Positions 15,379-24,825 of a stretch of DNA of 39,588 nt are shown here, piece by piece. The notes under the pieces were generated by a model, which worked only from the letters and a program-made list of their open reading frames with translations, searched no databases and was not told the DNA's origin. Made by a program: the position numbers and the translations under genes. Source of the DNA: a virus (lineage: Duplodnaviria; Caudoviricetes); the IMG/VR virus record IMGVR_UViG_3300037755_000237, positions 1 through 39,588 of that record; one strand, written 5' to 3'. The number at the start of each line of letters is the position of its first letter. The stretch's first letter is position 1.

Positions 15379-17838
15379 ATGGCTGACAACGAAGACCTGC
15401 CCGCTCCAGAGACCGCCGATGGCTGGCTCGAAGAAATCGACCGCGCCCTTGAGCGGGAGAAGAAATGGCGTGAGCGTGGCGACAAGATCGTCAAACGCTA
15501 TCGTGACGAGCGGACGGCCAAATCATCGACCAAGCAGGACTCCAAGGTCAATATCCTGTGGTCGAATACCGAAGTCCTGAAGGCCGCGCTCTATCCCTCG
15601 ACCGCCAAGCCGGATGTACGCAGGCGCTTTCCCGACACGCCTGAGACGACGGTTCTATCCCGCACCGCCGCCGAAGTGGTTGAGCGCAGTCTGTCCTATG
15701 CCATTGATGTGGAGGATGTCGACGATCCGATTGAATCGGCAATCGAGGACGATCTGCTGCCCGGTCGTGGCGTGTGCTGGGTCAGCTACGAACCCTCGCT
15801 CGGAAAAGACGATTACGGCGTCGAGACCGTCAACGGGCAAAACCTATGCCTGGATTTTGTTTATTGGAAGGATTTCTGTCACGGCAAGTCTCGTGGCTGG
15901 AAGGGCGTTCCGTGGGTTGGTCGTCGTCACGGTATGCGGCCGGACAAGTTCAAGGAGAAGTTTCCGAACGCCAAGCCTGCCGTTCCCAATCGCGATTACA
16001 GCCTGACTGAAGGCAAGGGGCAAAGCGAACCCGACGATATCGAGGTCTGGGAAATTTGGTCGAAGGCCAGAAAGCAGCGGCTCTACGTCGCCCGAGGCTA
16101 TCTCGATATTCTTGCCCCGACCGACGATCCCTATGGGCTGACCGGGTTTTTCCCGTGCCCCAAGCCGCTCTACTCAGTCACGACCACGGACGGGCTGATC
16201 CCCGAGCCTGAGTTCTGCCAGTACCAGGACCAAGCCGGCGAGCTTGACCGGATTTCAACTCGCATCACCCGCCTGACCGAGCAACTGAAATGGAAGGGCA
16301 TATACGACTCGTCGATGGACGACAGCGAGAGCACGCTGCAAAACCTCGCCTCCGCCGATGATAACGAATTCCTGCCATACGCCAATTGGATGGCGCTCAA
16401 GGACAAGGGCGGTATTGAATCCGGCGTCGGCTTCTGGCCGATGGAGCGGATTATCGGCGTGCTCAAGGAATTGCATATCCAGCGCGCCCAGTTGATCCAG
16501 ACCATATACGAAATCACCGGCATTTCCGACATTATTCGCGGTTCAAGCGATCCTAGGGAGACCAAGGGCGCGCAGCAACTAAAGGCCCAGTTCGGCTCGA
16601 TGCGGATGCAGGCCCGCCAGAAGGAGGTCCAGAGGTTCATCCGCGACTGCTACCGGCTGATGGCGGAAATTATCGCCGAGCATTTCACGGTTGAAACGTT
16701 AGAGGGCATTACGGGCATGAGCCTGCCGGCTGAAAAGCCGATGCAGTTGCCGGCCACGGTGCCTCCGCCAATGCCGTCCATGCCTATGCCCGCACAAATG
16801 GGGCAGGCACCGCCGAACAGTCCCCCGATGGGGACCGGCGGTGGCGAGGGCGGGGCGATGAACCCCGCCCTTTCCGATTCAGCGCCGAACATGCCTGAAG
16901 TTGCGCCGACTCCTGCCATGCAGGCGGCTCCAAAGCCGTCATGGCCCGAGGTCATGGAAATCCTGAGATCTGACAGGCTTCGTTCGTACCGCATTGATAT
17001 CGAGACCGACCAGACGGCGTTCCAGGATTCCGAAGAGGAGAAATCCAAGCGCATCGAGTTCATGACGGCGGTCAATGAAATGCTGGAGAAAGCCTACCTC
17101 GCCGCTACCAACGCGCCGACCATGCTGCCGCTGATCCGCGAGACCTTCATGTTTGCGATCAGATCGTTCAAGGCCGGTCGGACACTGGAGCAGGCAGCGG
17201 AGGATGCATTCGACCAGCTAATTCGCAATCCGCCACCAGCCAAACCCGATCCGAGAGCGGCTGAAGTCAAAGCCAAGATGGAGCAGGAGAGCGCGACATT
17301 TGAACTTAACCGTAAGGATAAGGCCGAGCGGCTGATGATGGATCAGGACGACATGGCCCAGCGGCGTGAAGCCGACCTGTCTCACGAGGCCCGCAAGCTG
17401 GACATGCAGGCGGCGGCGAAGCCTCTGGCTTTGCCGGCACCGGAGCCCGACCCGACGATGCCAAGCGAGCGTGAGAAATTCGATTTTGAGCGGTCATTGA
17501 AGGAACGCGAATTCAACCTGAAGCGCGCCGCACAGAACAAGCAGATCGCGACCGAAGCCGAGGGCGAAATGGGCCAGCCTAAGGAAATAGACGCCCAATC
17601 GCCTCTGGAAATGTTGATTGCCGGCGTTGCCCAGTTGGCCGGATCGATTGCCGACTCGAACCGGCAACTTGCCGAACAGATTGCGGCAGGACAGGCCCAG
17701 ATCGCACAAGGGCAGGCGCAACAGTCGGAGCAATTTGCTCAACTGGCCCAGCTTATTGCCGCACCCCGTAACGTCGATCTGAAACGTGGCCGCGACGGCA
17801 AGGCAACCGGCGCAACTTCATCCATTTCGCTCAACTAG
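15379..17838 (+). CDS. Portal protein
   Basis: 819 aa downstream of terL; NILWSN, PGRGVCWV, DPYGLTGFFPCP, IYEITGISDIIRG; long coiled-coil C-terminus. Confidence 0.85.
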   Translation: MADNEDLPAPETADGWLEEIDRALEREKKWRERGDKIVKRYRDERTAKSSTKQDSKVNILWSNTEVLKAALYPSTAKPDVRRRFPDTPETTVLSRTAAEVVERSLSYAIDVEDVDDPIESAIEDDLLPGRGVCWVSYEPSLGKDDYGVETVNGQNLCLDFVYWKDFCHGKSRGWKGVPWVGRRHGMRPDKFKEKFPNAKPAVPNRDYSLTEGKGQSEPDDIEVWEIWSKARKQRLYVARGYLDILAPTDDPYGLTGFFPCPKPLYSVTTTDGLIPEPEFCQYQDQAGELDRISTRITRLTEQLKWKGIYDSSMDDSESTLQNLASADDNEFLPYANWMALKDKGGIESGVGFWPMERIIGVLKELHIQRAQLIQTIYEITGISDIIRGSSDPRETKGAQQLKAQFGSMRMQARQKEVQRFIRDCYRLMAEIIAEHFTVETLEGITGMSLPAEKPMQLPATVPPPMPSMPMPAQMGQAPPNSPPMGTGGGEGGAMNPALSDSAPNMPEVAPTPAMQAAPKPSWPEVMEILRSDRLRSYRIDIETDQTAFQDSEEEKSKRIEFMTAVNEMLEKAYLAATNAPTMLPLIRETFMFAIRSFKAGRTLEQAAEDAFDQLIRNPPPAKPDPRAAEVKAKMEQESATFELNRKDKAERLMMDQDDMAQRREADLSHEARKLDMQAAAKPLALPAPEPDPTMPSEREKFDFERSLKEREFNLKRAAQNKQIATEAEGEMGQPKEIDAQSPLEMLIAGVAQLAGSIADSNRQLAEQIAAGQAQIAQGQAQQSEQFAQLAQLIAAPRNVDLKRGRDGKATGATSSISLN

Positions 17839-17847
17839 GACAATCCA

Positions 17848-18264
17848 ATGGCTACCTATGTCAAATACGAGCACTTCATCGAGGCGCTGGTCAACGAGGA
17901 GGTGGATATGTTTGGAACCACCGATACGTTTAAGGCGGCGATCCATTCGGACGCACCGACTGTTGCCACCGATGATGAGCTGGCCGATCTGACCCAAATC
18001 ACCGGCACCGGCTACACGGCTGGCGGAGACGATATCCAGAACGATTCGACCCGTACCGGCGACACGGTGACTATGACTGCCATTGATGTGGTGTGGACGG
18101 CTGGCGCGGCAGATTGGGATGAGGGCCGCTATGTGTCGATCCATGACGACACGTCCACGACCGACATTCTGATGAACTCATACGACTACGGCGCGGCGTT
18201 CACGGTCGGTAATGGCGAGACCTTCACGCTCAATTTTGGTGCCAGCCTTAACACCATCGTATAG
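17848..18264 (+). CDS. Virion structural protein (beta-rich)
   Basis: TDTFKAAI...GYTAGG...VWTA...DYGAAFTVGNGETFTLNF. Confidence 0.65.
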   Translation: MATYVKYEHFIEALVNEEVDMFGTTDTFKAAIHSDAPTVATDDELADLTQITGTGYTAGGDDIQNDSTRTGDTVTMTAIDVVWTAGAADWDEGRYVSIHDDTSTTDILMNSYDYGAAFTVGNGETFTLNFGASLNTIV

Positions 18265-18272
18265 GCCATTTC

Positions 18273-18644
18273 ATGCAGCCGCATTCACTCCAGACGCTCA
18301 CGCTCGAACCTCCGAAATCTCCGCCGAACGTGCTTGAGCGGCGCTTTGGCAAATACGTCAAGGGCGCTGTGCTGCCGGAAGCTCAAATCCCGTGTAGCCC
18401 AAGGCGCAAGGTCTCGGACTTCCCGGCGGGGTTTATTCCGGCCAGTCTTTACGAGCGCAATCTTGAGCAGAACCAGAAACTTGCCCCGTGCTGCCGACAT
18501 CCTGAGAACCATGAGATCGAAGGGCGGAAATCCCACCCGGACGAGAAGGCGGTCGATATCTACATTTTTCACTGTGACGGCTGCGGTCGAAAGCACCGGG
18601 TATTCTGCGTCGGGATGGGCGATCCAAGACCTGAGTGGAAATAG
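18273..18644 (+). CDS. Small Cys/His-rich (zinc-binding?) protein
   Basis: CCRHP...HCDGCGRKH...C. Confidence 0.55.
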   Translation: MQPHSLQTLTLEPPKSPPNVLERRFGKYVKGAVLPEAQIPCSPRRKVSDFPAGFIPASLYERNLEQNQKLAPCCRHPENHEIEGRKSHPDEKAVDIYIFHCDGCGRKHRVFCVGMGDPRPEWK

Positions 18645-18649
18645 GCTAG

Positions 18650-19297
18650 ATGACCGCCAAATCCCGTGCCACGCTCAACAGCGACGCCGATACCAATTTA
18701 GCTGACAATTCGGCCGGGGATATTTCGGCTGCGGATGTGCGGGCAGCCGTCAAGGACTTGGCGGATAGCAACTTCAACCCATTGAGTGATGGCGTTCTTC
18801 CCATAGGGGCAGTTATTCCCTACGCCGCCGCGACTGCACCTTCGGGTTGGCTGCTGTGCTTCGGCCAGAACGTCTCGCGGACGACATACTCCGACTTGTT
18901 CGACGCGATCAGCACGGTTTTTGGTGTTGGTGACGGCTCGACCACCTTTGGGCTTCCCGACCTTCGCGGTCGTGGTGTGGCCGGTGAAGATGATATGGGC
19001 GGCACATCGGCCAACCGTCTGACGACACCGCTCAACGGCGACACGTTCGGGGCGGTAGGCGGTGCGGAAGGCGTCGCGCTGACAATTGCCAATCTGGCAG
19101 CACATACCCATGCGCCGTTGAATGGTGCGGATTTTATGGCTCGGGGCGGCACTGACAATCGACTCGATACCAATGCCGGGACTGATTGGACCGATGAAAC
19201 CAACGAGACAACCGGGTCTACTGGCTCCGGCACCGCTCATGCCAACGTCCAGCCGACGATCATCCTCGCCTACATCATCTATACGGGAGTTGCGTGA
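18650..19297 (+). CDS. Tail-collar-domain fibre protein
   Basis: PIGAVIPYA...APSGWLLCFGQNVSRTTYSDLF...GDGSTTFGLPDLRGR; AHTH; NVQP. Confidence 0.9.
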   Translation: MTAKSRATLNSDADTNLADNSAGDISAADVRAAVKDLADSNFNPLSDGVLPIGAVIPYAAATAPSGWLLCFGQNVSRTTYSDLFDAISTVFGVGDGSTTFGLPDLRGRGVAGEDDMGGTSANRLTTPLNGDTFGAVGGAEGVALTIANLAAHTHAPLNGADFMARGGTDNRLDTNAGTDWTDETNETTGSTGSGTAHANVQPTIILAYIIYTGVA

Positions 19298-19644
19298 TGG
19301 CCGTGCAGATCACCCGCGCCATTGCCGACAAGCTCGGCTTCGACATTCAGAAGGCAGTCGATGACTTCGCCGCTGCCAAGGATGCACACCGCTTCACGGT
19401 GAACGTGCCGGCCCCGACCGCGCATCATCTGGTCGAGGAAATCTACTACAAAGGCGAAGGCTTAGAGGTCGTCGAGGAAGACCCGAGCAGCGGGGAGAAA
19501 GTGCCGCAGAACACTATCAGCGCCTTGCAGTCTCGGCTGAACGCAATCGAAGCGAAGAACGTCGAGTTGGAGGCGAGAAGCGCGACACTAGAAGCCGAAG
19601 TAGAGACCCTCAAAGCTGAACGCTCAGCCCGCAGCGTCGTGTGA
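19297..19644 (+). CDS. Hypothetical protein with C-terminal coiled coil (possible fibre chaperone)
   Basis: Coupled to the collar gene; LQSRLNAIEAKNVELEARSATLEAEVETLKAE. Confidence 0.6.
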   Translation: MAVQITRAIADKLGFDIQKAVDDFAAAKDAHRFTVNVPAPTAHHLVEEIYYKGEGLEVVEEDPSSGEKVPQNTISALQSRLNAIEAKNVELEARSATLEAEVETLKAERSARSVV

Positions 19645-19803
19645 GGCTAGATCGGCAGGCGGCTCGAACTCGATCATGATCGAGCCGTCCGGCATCATCT
19701 CAAGTTTTGCGTCTTCACCATAAAACGCATAGGCCGCCGCGATAATCAGCGCGCCGGTCTGTTCCGGCTGGTCCGGGTCATGAAAGCCGAGGCATAGGCG
19801 CAT
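19624..19803 (-). CDS. Antisense 59-aa hypothetical protein (moron-like)
   Basis: Fills an intergenic gap; TTCACC-N17-TAGAAT-N7-ATG. Confidence 0.45.
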   Translation of the reverse strand: MRLCLGFHDPDQPEQTGALIIAAAYAFYGEDAKLEMMPDGSIMIEFEPPADLASHDAAG

Positions 19804-19847
19804 GGCAGCCATTCTACTCCATTCCGCCCATCCGGTGAATACCTGAC

Positions 19848-20909
19848 ATGGCCGGCGCTTTCTCCAATGCCTTTTCCAATGCGTTCGATATCGCGGTCGC
19901 GGAGCCAATCGAACTCGCGGCCGACGCCGGTTCCTATGCCCTAACCGGCACAGCGGCGGCTCTTGAACTAGACCGACAAGTCGTCGCCGGGACAGGCTCA
20001 TATGCCCTGTCTGGAACCGACGCGACGCTCAGCGTTGGTAAGGCGGTCAGTGCGGAAGCCGGGTCGTACAGCCTTAGCGGCTCAGACGCGGTCATGCTTC
20101 ATGTCAAGCATGTCATTGCCGAGGAAGGATCATACGCCCTAAGCGGCACGGACGCCGGGCTGAGTGTCGGCAAGTCGGTTATAGCTGAAGCTGGTTCCTA
20201 CGCGCTGTCGGGCAGCGATGCGGCATTGGAACTCGACCGTCAGGTCATAGCCGACGCTGGTAGCTATGAGTTGTCCGGGCAGGATGCCGATCTGCTTCTC
20301 GGTCGGCAGATCGTGGCCGATGCGGGGTCTTACGCCCTGTCCGGTTCGGATGCCGAACTCACGCATGAAGTACCGGGCGCAATCGAGCTTGTTGCCGATG
20401 CGGGTTCGTATTTATTGAGCGGAGCACCCGCAGGACTATTGTGGACTCGCGTTGTTGTCGGTGGGGTTGGGACTTACGTGTTAACCGGCTTTGATGCCGG
20501 CCTGACGCTGACTGAACTATCAGAGCAAGTTCAAGATACCCACGACGGCGGCGCTCCGTGGGAATACGAATCCGCCGATGAAATCCGCAAACGCATCAGG
20601 CGCGCGGAAGAAGCGCAGGACAAATCGCGCCGCAAGCGCAAGGACGCCGAGCGGAAACTAGGCGACGAACTAGACCGTGCCTATCGCAAGCTGGTCCTGA
20701 ACGAACCTGAGATAGCCGAGGAAGTCGTTGAAGCGGTGCGGTTGGTTGCGCCGGAAATCGGCTTTGAGTCGATGCCGAATATCGACTGGCGTGGGCTGGC
20801 CGATATGATCGACGCATCGCGTGCCATGCTTGCGGTGATCGAACGGGATCGTCTCGATGGGTTTGCGGAAGACGAGGACATAGAAATTCTATTGATGGCG
20901 ATGTCATGA
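19848..20909 (+). CDS. Repeat-containing virion protein (nine ~22-aa xADAGSYALSG repeats)
   Basis: Repeats at about 19908-20513; N-terminal AFSNAFSNAFD; charged C-terminus. Confidence 0.75.
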   Translation: MAGAFSNAFSNAFDIAVAEPIELAADAGSYALTGTAAALELDRQVVAGTGSYALSGTDATLSVGKAVSAEAGSYSLSGSDAVMLHVKHVIAEEGSYALSGTDAGLSVGKSVIAEAGSYALSGSDAALELDRQVIADAGSYELSGQDADLLLGRQIVADAGSYALSGSDAELTHEVPGAIELVADAGSYLLSGAPAGLLWTRVVVGGVGTYVLTGFDAGLTLTELSEQVQDTHDGGAPWEYESADEIRKRIRRAEEAQDKSRRKRKDAERKLGDELDRAYRKLVLNEPEIAEEVVEAVRLVAPEIGFESMPNIDWRGLADMIDASRAMLAVIERDRLDGFAEDEDIEILLMAMS

Positions 20910-21229
20910 GCCGAAAAGCCTATCGCGAGAATTACGCGGAAATCGAGTGGAAGGAATTACCACTCGAATCGATACAAAAAACCAAAGGCCCTTCGGGGCC
21001 ATTTTTCATGGCTGACATTCAGCCATTCGTTTCGCCGCTCGACTTCACGACGATTTCGTCGCGTTCGCAACTTCGCGAGCATGAGAAGCGCCACGGCGTC
21101 AGGCAATGCGGTGAATTGAAGTCGCATACCGATTTCGCGAAGGAGACCCAGCGCTGGCCGGACACTGCCTTCAACGAGAAGAATTTCGACCAAGCCTTCA
21201 GAAAGGCAGTCGAGAAAACGGGCCTATAG
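20906..21229 (+). CDS. Conserved head-region hypothetical protein
   Basis: DIQPFVSPLD..ISSRSQLREHEKRHG; precedes the scaffold gene. Confidence 0.65.
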   Translation: MSRKAYRENYAEIEWKELPLESIQKTKGPSGPFFMADIQPFVSPLDFTTISSRSQLREHEKRHGVRQCGELKSHTDFAKETQRWPDTAFNEKNFDQAFRKAVEKTGL

Positions 21230-21250
21230 CCCACAACAGGAGAACATTTG

Positions 21251-22363
21251 ATGCCTGATGTAGACGGCGCGAGCAGCCAGGAAACTGGCCCTGCCGCCGC
21301 AGACAGCGCCTTCGACAAAGCCTTCAACGCGGCTGTTGAAAGCAGTTCAATTGACGAAGACGTTTATCAGCCCGCAGCGGAAGCTACGGGAAAGCCGGTC
21401 GTATCCGATTCCATCGAACCTGCCGACAGCCCACCCGCTGACGGAAAGCCAACCACCAAGGCCGATAAGGCGCAGGAAACACCTGCCGTTGCGCCCGCCG
21501 ATGGTGTGTCAGCTCCCGCCAACTGGGATGAAAAACGCCGTGCGGCATTTGATGCGCTGCCTACCCCTGAAGCCAAGCAAGTCATGCTTGATATGGCAAA
21601 GGGGATGGAGGCCGAATTCACGCGGAAGACGACGGAACATGCCGGGGATTTGAAACTAGCCAACGGCATTCGTTCGCTCATCACGGACCAGCACCGCGCG
21701 CAGATGCGTAGCGCCAACATGGATGAGGTACAGGGCGTCGCCCACCTTATCAAGTTGAACGACTACGCGACCCGCGATCCTGCCGGTTACATCAGATGGG
21801 TGATCGAACAGACCGGGGTAGGCCCCAACGACGTGTTCCCGAATCTCGCCGGAGCGGGAGGCGAGCCGAGCCAAGAGCAAGGCCAGCAACCCGATCCATA
21901 CAATCAATTCTACGGACTCCTCCAGTCTTTGGGGAGCAAGGTAGAGAGCTTCGAGCAGAAGCAGGCGCAGACGGAACTTCGTCAGGCGTCACGGGCAATC
22001 GATACATTCCGCGCGGCCAAGAACGATGGTGGTGAATCCGTTCATCCCCATTTCGACAAGGTCGAGCAGGAAATGACCCGGCTTCTGATGACGCCACAGT
22101 ATCAAGCCATCGAGGATTTCGGTGAACGGCTCAATCGGGCCTACGACACAGCGGTCTACATGGACCCTGATATCCGAAGTCAGAATGTCGAGAGCGAGGT
22201 ACAGAAGCGTCTTCGTGAACAGCAAAAAACCGACGATGTCGCCAAGGCCAAACGTGCGCAGGCTCCGGTCAAATCGACTCCGACCGGCCCGGCAAAGACC
22301 AAGGCGACAACGATAGACGATGCTCTCAACAATGCTATGTCAATGACGGGAGTTGGTTCGTAG
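21251..22363 (+). CDS. Capsid scaffolding protein
   Basis: Acidic disordered N-terminus, APANW, helical body, HPHF, AYDTAV; directly before the capsid gene. Confidence 0.75.
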   Translation: MPDVDGASSQETGPAAADSAFDKAFNAAVESSSIDEDVYQPAAEATGKPVVSDSIEPADSPPADGKPTTKADKAQETPAVAPADGVSAPANWDEKRRAAFDALPTPEAKQVMLDMAKGMEAEFTRKTTEHAGDLKLANGIRSLITDQHRAQMRSANMDEVQGVAHLIKLNDYATRDPAGYIRWVIEQTGVGPNDVFPNLAGAGGEPSQEQGQQPDPYNQFYGLLQSLGSKVESFEQKQAQTELRQASRAIDTFRAAKNDGGESVHPHFDKVEQEMTRLLMTPQYQAIEDFGERLNRAYDTAVYMDPDIRSQNVESEVQKRLREQQKTDDVAKAKRAQAPVKSTPTGPAKTKATTIDDALNNAMSMTGVGS

Positions 22364-22388
22364 TCCATCTTGAAAGGACTAGGGATCA

Positions 22389-22579
22389 ATGCCTATCCCT
22401 TCCTCAACCTACACGGAGTTGGTGACAACCACTCTGGATAATTATCGCGCCACGCTGGCCGATAACATTACCAACCACAATCCATTGCTGGAGCGTGTCA
22501 AGCGCAAGGGCAATGCCGAGCCGGTCGGCGGCGGCGTCAAGATTCTTGAGAATCTGATGTATGCGCAGAACTCTACCCT
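22389..22579 (+). CDS. Major capsid protein, exon 1
   Basis: ELVTTTLDNY...LADNITNHNPLL...GG...YAQNST. Confidence 0.85.
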
Positions 22580-23202
22580 TAACAAACTTCTGCTCGCTGC
22601 TTGAGGTAGGCGAGGTAAAGCGAATAGTCTTCGTTCCAGAATTTTTTGCGGTTACAGGTTCGACATAGCGTTTGAGCATTCGATCTCTCGGTAGTTCCGC
22701 CGGCAAAGCGGGGCTTCTTATGATCGAGTTCAAGATTATGCGTCGATCCACATTTCTCGCACTTATCACCCTTCCATTCCTGCTTTTGCCAATTGGTGAA
22801 CATGTTTCGTTCGCCACGCTTGCGTAGTTTTCGGCGGAACAGGTTGGCGCAGGCGCGAGAGCAGAACTTGGCAAGGCCGAGATTGACGCTCCAACTCAAG
22901 GCTTCGAATTTAGCCCTGCACTGGAGACATTCTCGTTCAATGCGCGGATGACGCCTTAGTGCGAAATGGCAATCCCGCGAACAGCAGTTGCCGAAGCCAA
23001 GTTTTTCGGAACTGGCGGTTCTGTAAAAATCCTTGCCGCAGTTTTCGCAGTTTACCGTTTTGCCTTTGTCGCGAAAGTGACGAGCCGCACATGTTCTTGA
23101 ACATGTGATGGCTGGCCATTTGGCGACGTGGCTTGGCGGTTTGTAGAAATCAGTGCCGCATACAACGCACGTTCTGGACGGGCCTAATCGCTTTCTTCCC
23201 AT
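22579..23202 (-). CDS. HNH homing endonuclease with three CxxC...CSxxC zinc-finger repeats
   Basis: CEKCGS...LELDHKKPRFAGG...SNAQTLCRTCNRKK. Confidence 0.9.
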   Translation of the reverse strand: MGRKRLGPSRTCVVCGTDFYKPPSHVAKWPAITCSRTCAARHFRDKGKTVNCENCGKDFYRTASSEKLGFGNCCSRDCHFALRRHPRIERECLQCRAKFEALSWSVNLGLAKFCSRACANLFRRKLRKRGERNMFTNWQKQEWKGDKCEKCGSTHNLELDHKKPRFAGGTTERSNAQTLCRTCNRKKFWNEDYSLYLAYLKQRAEVC

Positions 23203-23467
23203 GCCGAAAAGTATAGCAGAATCTAGGGGGTATTAAAATCTTTCCTGATTGACTTGGAAGCCCCAAGCGGGGGCGACAGGGCGGAAGCAGGGCTTAACAG
23301 CCTGGGCACCGTGAACGACTGAGCGGAAAGACCCCGAAAGGGGATGCGACAGTCTGCTCTCCCGTATAGCGCTTGAAAAACAAGCGGGAGAGGGCGATCC
23401 GAAGAGGTTGCCCCGCCATCGCAAGGTGGTCAGTAGCGGTTTCCCGAACCGTGAAAGTAACAGAATG
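22580..23467 (+). mobile_element. Group I intron (888 nt) with endonuclease gene in L1
   Basis: Splice after U22579 and after G23467 restores NSTLLWYSG in frame; 323-aa product. Confidence 0.85.
23223..23467 (+). ncRNA. Group I ribozyme core (IGS, P3-P9)
   Basis: IGS GGGGTA 23227-32 pairs with exon TACCCT; P3 TCTTTCC/GGAAAGA; P5 CCCC/GGGG; P7 GACTG/CAGTC; P8 CCCC-GAAA-GGGG; P9 hairpins; terminal G. Confidence 0.85.
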
Positions 23468-24248
23468 CTTGTGGTACTCGGGGCTTGAGCTTCTGACCGT
23501 CGAGCAGTCGGACGTTCTGACTTCCGCTAATTTCGACTGGAAGGAACTGAACGTCAACGTCGTGATCTCGGGACTCGAAAAGGCCCAGAATTCTGGGACC
23601 AAAGAGTCCGTCCATAACCTCCTCAAGTCGAGGATCAAGGTGGCGGAAATCACGATGCAGAACGAGATCGCGGCGGCGCTGTTCTATAGCAACACCGAGA
23701 ACTCAGGCAAAAGCATTGGCGGCCTCCAGCATCTCGTGGCTGACCTTCCGACCGCTTCGGCGACCATCGGCGGGATCAATCAGTCGACGCAGACTTGGTG
23801 GGCAAACCAATACTACGACTTCTCTGTCGTAGGCCCGACGCCTTCTGCCACGACCATCCAGGCGGCGATGAACCAGAACTACATCAATACCTCTCGGGGT
23901 AAAGACAAGATCGATATGTTCATCGGCGACTCGATCTACTTCAACTACTACCTCACGAGCTTGCAGACCAACCAACGCTTCATGTCCGAAAAGGAAGCCG
24001 GCGCTGGTTTCTCGGCTCTCAAGTTCTGGGGTGGCGCGGCGGATGTCTTTTACGACTCCAACGTACCCGCTTCGCACATGTACGGGCTGAACACCGACTA
24101 CATCCACTATCGCCCGCACTCCGATTACAACTTCGTCACGCTTGACGACAAGGTTTCGGTCAATCAGGACGCGACCGTGGTGCCCATGTACTGGAAGGGC
24201 AACACGACCGTTTCCAACCGCAATCTTCAGTCGGTCATCTGTGCATAA
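23468..24248 (+). CDS. Major capsid protein, exon 2
   Basis: WYSGLE...FDWK...ISGLE..QNSG...LLKSRI...GGLQ...GGIN...YGLNTDYI...NQDA. Confidence 0.85.
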
Positions 24249-24269
24249 GAGCGGAAAGGAGAAACGGAA

Positions 24270-24764
24270 ATGGCTTTTCGCAACAAGACCTCATCTGTCC
24301 TCGCGCAAGCAATTGCCGATAACAGCACGACCCAGAAATATCCTCTGGGTTATATCATCCAGGCTACCGATCCCACTTGGGGAACCGGCGAGTTCATTTA
24401 CCTGAAGGGCATCAACAGCACGATTGTTGGTTCCGTCGTGACGTACCATCTTTCGACGTTCACGACAGCACTAGCGACCAGTGTGGTTGGCGTCTCCAAC
24501 CCGGTTGCGGTGGCAATGTCGGCCTCCGTTACCAATGAGTTCGGCTGGTATCAGATCAGCGGCATTGCCCAAATGGGCAAGGCGAATACGCTTTCGCTGG
24601 CGGTGACGTTGCCGCTGGCGGTTGCCTCCGGTCTGGTGATTGCCGCAGCGACGACCAATCGGCTTTCCGGTTGCGTTACCGCTGCCGTCGCGTCGGCAAG
24701 CACGCTTGTTATCACCGTGCCTTGCATGATCTCGCGCCCGACAACGGGTGGCGGCGAAGCATAA
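24270..24764 (+). CDS. Capsid decoration/cement-like protein
   Basis: Follows the capsid gene; PLG...DPTWGTGEFIYLKG...VAVAM...GWYQISG. Confidence 0.65.
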   Translation: MAFRNKTSSVLAQAIADNSTTQKYPLGYIIQATDPTWGTGEFIYLKGINSTIVGSVVTYHLSTFTTALATSVVGVSNPVAVAMSASVTNEFGWYQISGIAQMGKANTLSLAVTLPLAVASGLVIAAATTNRLSGCVTAAVASASTLVITVPCMISRPTTGGGEA

Positions 24765-24783
24765 TTGTAAACTGAATCACTCC

Positions 24784-24813
24784 AAGGGGCGGGCTAAACA
24801 CCCGCCCCTTTTT
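24784..24813 (+). terminator. Rho-independent terminator after capsid and decoration genes
   Basis: AAGGGGCGGG-CTAAACA-CCCGCCCCTT-TTT. Confidence 0.85.
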
Positions 24814-24825
24814 CATGGAGCCTAC

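Noticed and set aside
22603-22610. GAGGTAGG as the internal guide sequence
   Set aside because: It pairs with the exon end only with a C-A mismatch next to the splice site and is far from the core; GGGGTA at 23227-23232 pairs cleanly. It may still act as a decoy
22389-24248. Capsid gene as a pseudogene broken by an HNH insertion, or exon 2 as a stand-alone 291-aa ORF from 23373
   Set aside because: An intact group I core and frame-restoring splice sites explain the split; the first ~31 codons of the 23373 ORF are intron P9 sequence
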